Below, piece by piece: positions 19,484 to 25,582 of a stretch of DNA of 25,582 nt; the first letter of the stretch is position 1, and every line of letters starts with the position of its first letter. The translations under genes were made by a program, and so were the position numbers. The stretch comes from Tubiluchus corallicola (Eukaryota > Animalia > Priapulida): the NCBI GenBank assembly GCA_030141605.1, contig JAQGDQ010001785.1, positions 1-25,582 of the forward strand. The letters run 5' to 3'. The notes below the pieces were generated by a model. That model did no database searches, was not told where the DNA came from, and saw only the letters and a program-made list of their open reading frames with translations.

Positions 19484-22362
19484 TTACAGCGATAGTTTCA
19501 ACACGTGAAGTTCAAAATTACGCAACATGTAATTAAAAGTTAAATATTTAGCCAAAAGGAGCAGATGCCACGCTACCAATTGAACAGAAATTCCAGAATT
19601 TACAATGGCCGGCGTTGTGTGCGAAACTTTCATCATTGAACAATTAAAATCCGTTAGCTTTAACTCTTCATGATCTACTCTTGGTATCCAGCAATCTACA
19701 AAAGAGTGTTTCCATTTCACCTCTATCATCCAAACAGCATCACAGTCACAAATGAGTCTGCTTCCTGACAGTTGGAAAGACACATTCTCGGGTTTAACTT
19801 TTCTGTATAAGGTAGGCATAGACATGTGCTGTATTTTTGAACCTACAAACGAGGTTTGAGTGATGTTACGATTATATCTGAGATCCAGATTTGCCACCGA
19901 CAGCTGAGTGCATTACAAGAAAGAAATTGACTTCAAAATGCCTACATAATAAAATGCTTTTGGATCAATTGACACAAGAAAAGGATTATCATCCACCACA
20001 AAATGTTCTATAAAACCATATCGTAAGTCATTTTGCACTAGAGTTCTTATAGCTGATTGTCGTAGCACCAGTTTTGTGACTTGTCTTTCTTCCAGTAGCC
20101 ACTTACGAAGCCGACTGTCTTCGTAATTGAAGATAACTAAGCCATAGATGGATGTTTTAATCTCTGCTGTTATCTGCCGCATCACAACATGGTCAATTCT
20201 TCCAAACTGGCCGCAGTGAAGTTCACAAGGATCTTCAGAGAATACGGTGCAACTGCTCACACTGATACTGCATGTGTCTCTTGGAGGTCTTGCAGTGGCT
20301 GTAGGTCGCTGATCACATTCAATCATATCAATATTCATCTCTATGTGAGGTATTTTAGGTTCATAACAGTCAACTTCTCTGGAAGCCCAGTTAACTCGAA
20401 ACATCCAATACATGTCACAGTCACAAATCAGCCTACTTCCCAAGAGAGCAGAATGTACGTTTCCAGGATTGACATCTGGGTGCAGGAAAGGCTTTGACAT
20501 CCGCTCGATTTTTGATCCCTGAGTAAAGATGATGGAACTGAGCAAGGGACTATTCCACAAATCCAGAATAGCCGTTTCCAAACTTCACAAGCAACAAAGG
20601 TCACTGATCTCAAATGCTTTAGTCAAGAGAAAGCTTTGTGATGAACTTTCTTTAAGACTTTGCTGTAGTTCATGGTGAAGTATTCAAGGCTTTGTGATGA
20701 ACTTTCTTTAAGACTTTGCTGTAGTTCATGGTGAAGTATTCAAGGCTTTGTGATGAACTTTCTTTAAGACTTTGCTGTAGTTCATGATGAAGTATTCAAG
20801 GCTTTGTGATGAACTTTCTTTAAGACTTTGCTGTAGTTCATGGTGAAGTATTCAAGGCTTTGTGATGAACTTTCTTTAAGACTTTGCTGTAGTTCATGAT
20901 GAAGTATTCAAGGCTTTGTGATGAACTTTCTTTAAGACTTTGCTGTAGTTCATGGTGAAGTATTCAAGGCTTTGTGATGAACTTTCTTTAAGACTTTGCT
21001 GTAGTTCATGATGAAGTATTCAAGGCTTTGTGATGAACTTTCTTTAAGACTTTGCTGTAGTTCATGGTGAAGTATTCAAGGTTTTGTGATGAACTTTCTT
21101 TAAGACTTTGCTGTAGTTCATGATGAAGTATTCAAGGCTTTGTGATGAACTTTCTTTAAGACTTTGCTGTAGTTCATGGTGAAGTATTCAAGGCTTTGTG
21201 ATGAACTTTCTTTAAGACTTTGCTGTAGTTCATGATGAAGTATTCAAGGCTTTGTGATGAACTTTCTTTAAGACTTTGCTGTAGTTCATGGTGAAGTATT
21301 CAAGGCTTGGTGGCAGATCATTCCTAGATAGATTAACAAATGCGGATTTTTCAAATATTAGAGCTGTTACGTTTTTTTGGTCAAGAAACTTGTTTGGCAG
21401 ATTTTCGTCTTTGTAAAAATAAATTTTTAATTCTGATGGGACGTCTGTAATATGATTTACAATTTTTACCAATCTCCTGGAATTCATCTTGCTATCAGAG
21501 ATGTTCGAAATGTCTGCGTCACCACAAACCAGTTTACAGGGAAATAGTGAAATGGCAACACAAGTTCTTTTCTCAAAACTGCATTGTTGTCCAGGTGGGC
21601 AAATATCTGCAATAGTTAATTCAGTCTTACTAATTAACCCACTTTCCTTTAGTTTTGCATTTGGGAGATGTTCACAGTCCACTTCCAATTTTTCCCAAAA
21701 TTCAGCTATCCACGTCATCCGGCAATCACAGATTAAAGGATTTTTCAAGAAGAAGAGGCCTAAGTCGTGGGAGACACTTTGGCCTGTCCAATGTGGTGAT
21801 ATTCGTGTTTTCTATCTGTAAACTCTCCAGTTTCTCCAGCTGGTCAAGCGACAATTTCAGCTCGTTCAATGTCGGACAATTTCTAATCAGAATTTCGCGC
21901 AAATTTAATAAATTATTAAATGCATCCTGGTTGATACGTGTCAACTTTTCAAAATTTATGATTCTTACATCTTTGACAAGTGATGCACGTAGCAAGTATT
22001 TTCTAATTTCTTGGAGTTTTTTAAACTTTCTCAGAACAACATTGGAAAGCTCGAAGCCTTCCAAAAACTTCTCAGGAAGTTCAGGATATTTCAGATTTTT
22101 CAGAACAAAGATATCTGTTATTGGAGCGTTATTCTTTTTAATCTTTCTCCTCAGCTTCTGCCACAACGTTTCGTTGTAATTTTCATCTGCAAACGAGCAC
22201 TCGACTCGATATTGGTCACCTTCAGGTCTTTCGAGGGCGCATCTCTTACAGCCTGGAAAAAACTCCGTCCAAATCGGACCGATTTGTGGTTTTGCATTTC
22301 CAATGTTAAGGATAAGAATCACAAAGAAGGGAAGATTCGATTATGAATCGCTGGTAGTTCAT
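19484..22362 (-). pseudogene. Disabled secreted or GPI-type leucine-rich-repeat gene with three LRR + LRRCT modules
   Basis: Colinear ORF pieces: signal peptide, LRRs (INQDAFNNLLNLREILIRNC; IDPKAF), three LRRCT caps (NPLICDC..W, RLICDC..W twice) and a hydrophobic tail. Frameshifts at ~22340, ~21745 and ~20585, in-frame TGA at ~20624 and TAA at 19913, plus a 56-bp expansion. Confidence 0.8.
20633..21308. repeat. 56-bp tandem repeat, 12 copies, derived from LRR coding sequence
   Basis: ATGAACTTTC recurs every 56 nt from 20641 to 21257. Confidence 0.95.
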
Positions 22363-22659
22363 TGCATGTAATTCAGAAAACGTGAATATCTTGGCGTAAC
22401 ATGAAATAAATTAGCAACGGCATAATGGTTGCACAAATGTATGACGTCACAATAACATACGTAATCACATTGTATACTCACTTAACCTCCCATTCCTGAT
22501 AATGTTTGATTATTATTAGACGCTCTACTTGCAAACAGTTTGAGCAAATCTGACAGATCAAATTTTCCTTAATGTCTGAATGTGTATCTGTAAAGTCTGA
22601 TACATGAATGGCAGAACATGTAGTCAAAACCAAAGCATTCTTGAAAATAGGTAAAGACT

Positions 22660-22682
22660 TAATAATAATAATAATAATAATA

Positions 22683-22779
<97 letters not shown>

Positions 22780-22788
22780 TAGTAATAA
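22660..22788. repeat. (AAT)n microsatellite
   Basis: Visible trinucleotide run. Confidence 0.95.
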
Positions 22789-23635
22789 ACCTTTCAGCAA
22801 TGAATATAATAGCCTTTTCACGGTTTCATTGTGCTGCAGCTGTAGTTGCTGTAGGTCAAAGGTTAAGTGTACCACAGCAACGCGTCTTAACTACAACCTT
22901 CACGTGATGTGTGGGTAAAGCAAATCCGTCTACCGCATCAGATCAGCAACTTCAGTTGTTTTGCGTTGACTTTTTTCTGATTTTGCATTAGTCTGTGCAT
23001 AGAGTGATTTACTATCATGATCTTGCTTAGGAACAAGGTATAATGAACTAGGTAAGTTTCTAGCTAGCTGTTAAACTCTTTACTATTACAATAGCATGGG
23101 CTGCGAGGCGTTACCAAGTGTACACAAATGTGTTGTCAGATACACTTAACCTTTGACCTTTTCAGGTTCATCATCAATCGCTGGAACTGTGAAAAGGCTT
23201 ATTGAGTGATTGATTAGAAATCTAATGACGTCATGACGCTTGTGCACCTGGCACTTGATAAACAGTTTAAGGAATCCCAGATTGGGGTGATAATGCTGTA
23301 ATGAAAGGACTGTAAAATCTACTCCCTTGTAAAACTCTGCGTGTGACAAATACATAAAGATATTTAACCCAGTTCTGAGAAGCCAGCAGCTTCTGAGACA
23401 TCGTAACAAAGCTCGTAACTCTTTGGCTGTGAAAAATTTGAAAGGTCATTAAGCAAATTTTATAGGTTTGTACCATTTCTTACGCGTTTCGGCACTCTGC
23501 AAGTCTGAATTCAGCACTGAACGAGATTCGTGCCGTCCACTATAGATGGCAGCACAACAATCGGGGTTCGGAGAGGATAGACATTAACTAGGATGTTTCA
23601 TACGATCTTGCAGTTTCATACGTAAAACTTTCATA

Positions 23636-24225
23636 CGGAAAAAATAGCACGGGAAAAAATGGAAAAGTAGGTAAAAATGATACAGGAAAATGGCGCAGGA
23701 AAAAAATTACATGGTAAGAATGGCACAGGAAAAAATGACGTAAGAATGGTACAGGAAAAATGGCCCAGGAAAAAATGACGTAAGAATGGTACAGGAAAAA
23801 TGGCACAGGAAAAAATGGCGTAAGAATGGTACAGGAAAAATGGCACAGAAAAAAATGAAATAAAAATGGCATAGGAAAAATGGCACGGGAAAAAATGACG
23901 TAAGAATGGTACAGGAAAAATGGCACAGGAAAAAATGACACAGGAAAAAATTACATGGTAAGGATGGCGCAGGTAAAATGACTTAAAAATGACACAAATT
24001 GAAAAGTAGGTAAAAATGATATAGGTAAATATGGTACAGGAAAAAATTACACGGTAAGAATGGCACAGGTAAAAATGACATAAAAATGGTACAGGAAAAA
24101 TGGTACAGGACAAAATTACATGGTAAGGATGGCACAGGTAAAAATGACGTAAGAATGGCACAGGAAAAAATAACACAAATTGAAAAGTAGGTAAAATGGT
24201 ATAGATAAAACGGTACAGGAAAAAG
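23636..24225. repeat. Purine-rich satellite of ~14-15-bp AAAAATGGCACAGG-type units
   Basis: Many AAAAATGGYACAGG / AAAATGACGTAAGAATGG variants, with recurring GAAAAGTAGGTAAAA and AAATTACAYGGTAAG subunits. Confidence 0.85.
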
Positions 24226-25052
24226 TGTAAGGAAGATTGTACAAATCATCATTGTGTTTGTGTAAAAAGGCTGATCCTTGAATACAGACCAATTTGTGAG
24301 AAAGTGAAAGGAAGACGCGAGCACCCTGAATGTAAACAAGATTGTGAAGCTTCTAGCGAACGTAGATGCACGAAAATAGTACAGTGTGAGAAGAACAGAA
24401 ATGAAAAATGTCATTCTATCTGCGCAGACCGATGTGCAGAAACGAGTAACCAGAATACATGTGCCCGCCAGATTGCAAAAAGACTGTGTAGAAAAATAAA
24501 TGTTACTGCTATTGTGCTGGTCCATGTATTGATGATATGAAGTGTAGTGAAGAACGGAAATGCAGAAGAAAGTGTTCGCAAAACTGTCAACCTTATGAGC
24601 TGAAGAAAACAACTTTATTACCCACCAGAAGACGCCGGCATTCTCCAGTTAAAGATTACGACTATTGTCAATCAACATGTGAGAAGAACTGTGTGGAGAA
24701 AGGAGGAATTGACACAGAGTGCAGGAATAAATGTAAAATAGAATGCAGGCTCTGGAATCACACATTGCCTAACTTAATGAAGTTCTCATTTGTTGATTTG
24801 AGTTACAGTGAAGCAGAAAAGGATGTACTCAGTTCACTAACTGAGTCGTACACTGTGCTCCACTACAATGCAAATTTCACGTTTTATTCAGCAGTCACTG
24901 CAGGAGGGATACTCGTGTGCCCTTTAAAAGACTGGCAGAACAATTATCGTCTCTTTATGCAAATTAAGAAATGCAACTGCCAACCTGCAGATCCCGAAAC
25001 GAATGGAGGACAACAAGTAAAATACGAAAAAGAACTAAAGGAGAAAAAGTAG
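24220..25052 (+). pseudogene. 5'-truncated third copy (C) of the Cys-rich precursor gene
   Basis: Inverted duplicate of the second module and C-domain of paralogue B. Begins at KKCKEDCTNHHC with no signal peptide, has indels at ~24463-24500, and ends DPETNGGQQVKYEKELKEKK*. Confidence 0.8.
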
Positions 25053-25582
25053 AGAAGCTCTTCCCATGGGAGCATTTACAATGGATCTTAATCCACCTGT
25101 AAATTAATTTTAATTGATGTTTGTTGTAATCCGAGTTTTTGTTGACATTTGCTTGTTAATGTGTCACAGTGTTACAGGCTTTGTGATTCTTAAAGCAAAA
25201 ATTAATAGAGATTTTGACCTAATTTGAATCATAATAAACGTATGAAGTCACTAGCACAATATCCTGCTACAGTGAGGGTCAATTTTAGTTTATTGTACTT
25301 GTTCTAAGTTCAGTGACAGAGCAAGTAGTTGTAGCTCACGGAGGCAAAAAAATCTTCTGACGTCCTGCCCTTTTAATGTTTTGATCATTTGTTTCGTGGC
25401 TGAAGCCACAAATTTTTTTTTTGCGTCCCTGGGTCCGACTTTCCTTTTTCAACATAATGAGATAAAGATAAACGATTTTTTCTAAAAATCACCCTGAGAT
25501 TGACCCTGAGATCACCCTGGGACTGCACCAGATGAACTTTTTTCATGTGTGTTAGTTGCACGTAACACGAAAGTCCCTGAAC

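Noticed and set aside
13339-20626. Stop-codon reassignment or selenocysteine suggested by in-frame stops in the sulfotransferase and LRR genes
   Set aside because: Both TAA and TGA are involved, they are rare, they co-occur with frameshifts, and the intact genes have no internal stops and end normally at TGA or TAA.
20633-21308. CRISPR array or functional coding repeat
   Set aside because: No spacers; the 56-nt period breaks the frame and introduces TGA.
22608-22907. Poly-Ile and poly-Leu ORFs
   Set aside because: Translations of the (AAT)n microsatellite.
23588-24612. Phe/Pro/Cys-rich minus-strand ORFs
   Set aside because: Antisense readings of the satellite and of copy C.

Overview
AT-rich eukaryotic DNA, most likely from an invertebrate animal (GT-AG introns, Ig/EGF/LRR genes, LINE and MITE remnants); the taxon cannot be fixed from the sequence. 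The main content is a family of intronless secreted cysteine-rich proteins that I do not recognise. It has two intact paralogues (1851-3431 +, 14949-17669 -), a 5'-truncated third copy (~24220-25052 +) and two small fragments. The intact genes share one layout: signal peptide, conserved N-domain, furin-type polybasic site, basic CxxxC-repeat domain, Thr-rich linker, CX3CX3C-X8/9-CX3CX3C hairpin modules around an RRRR site, and a near-invariant C-domain showing signs of gene conversion. Between the copies lie a 3-exon secreted Ig + tandem-EGF gene with a LINE in intron 1, a truncated CHST-type carbohydrate sulfotransferase, and a disabled three-module LRR gene broken by a 12 x 56-bp tandem expansion. 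Several foldback/MITE elements and satellites are also present. Several single-base frameshifts could be sequencing errors, so the pseudogene calls need read-level checks.
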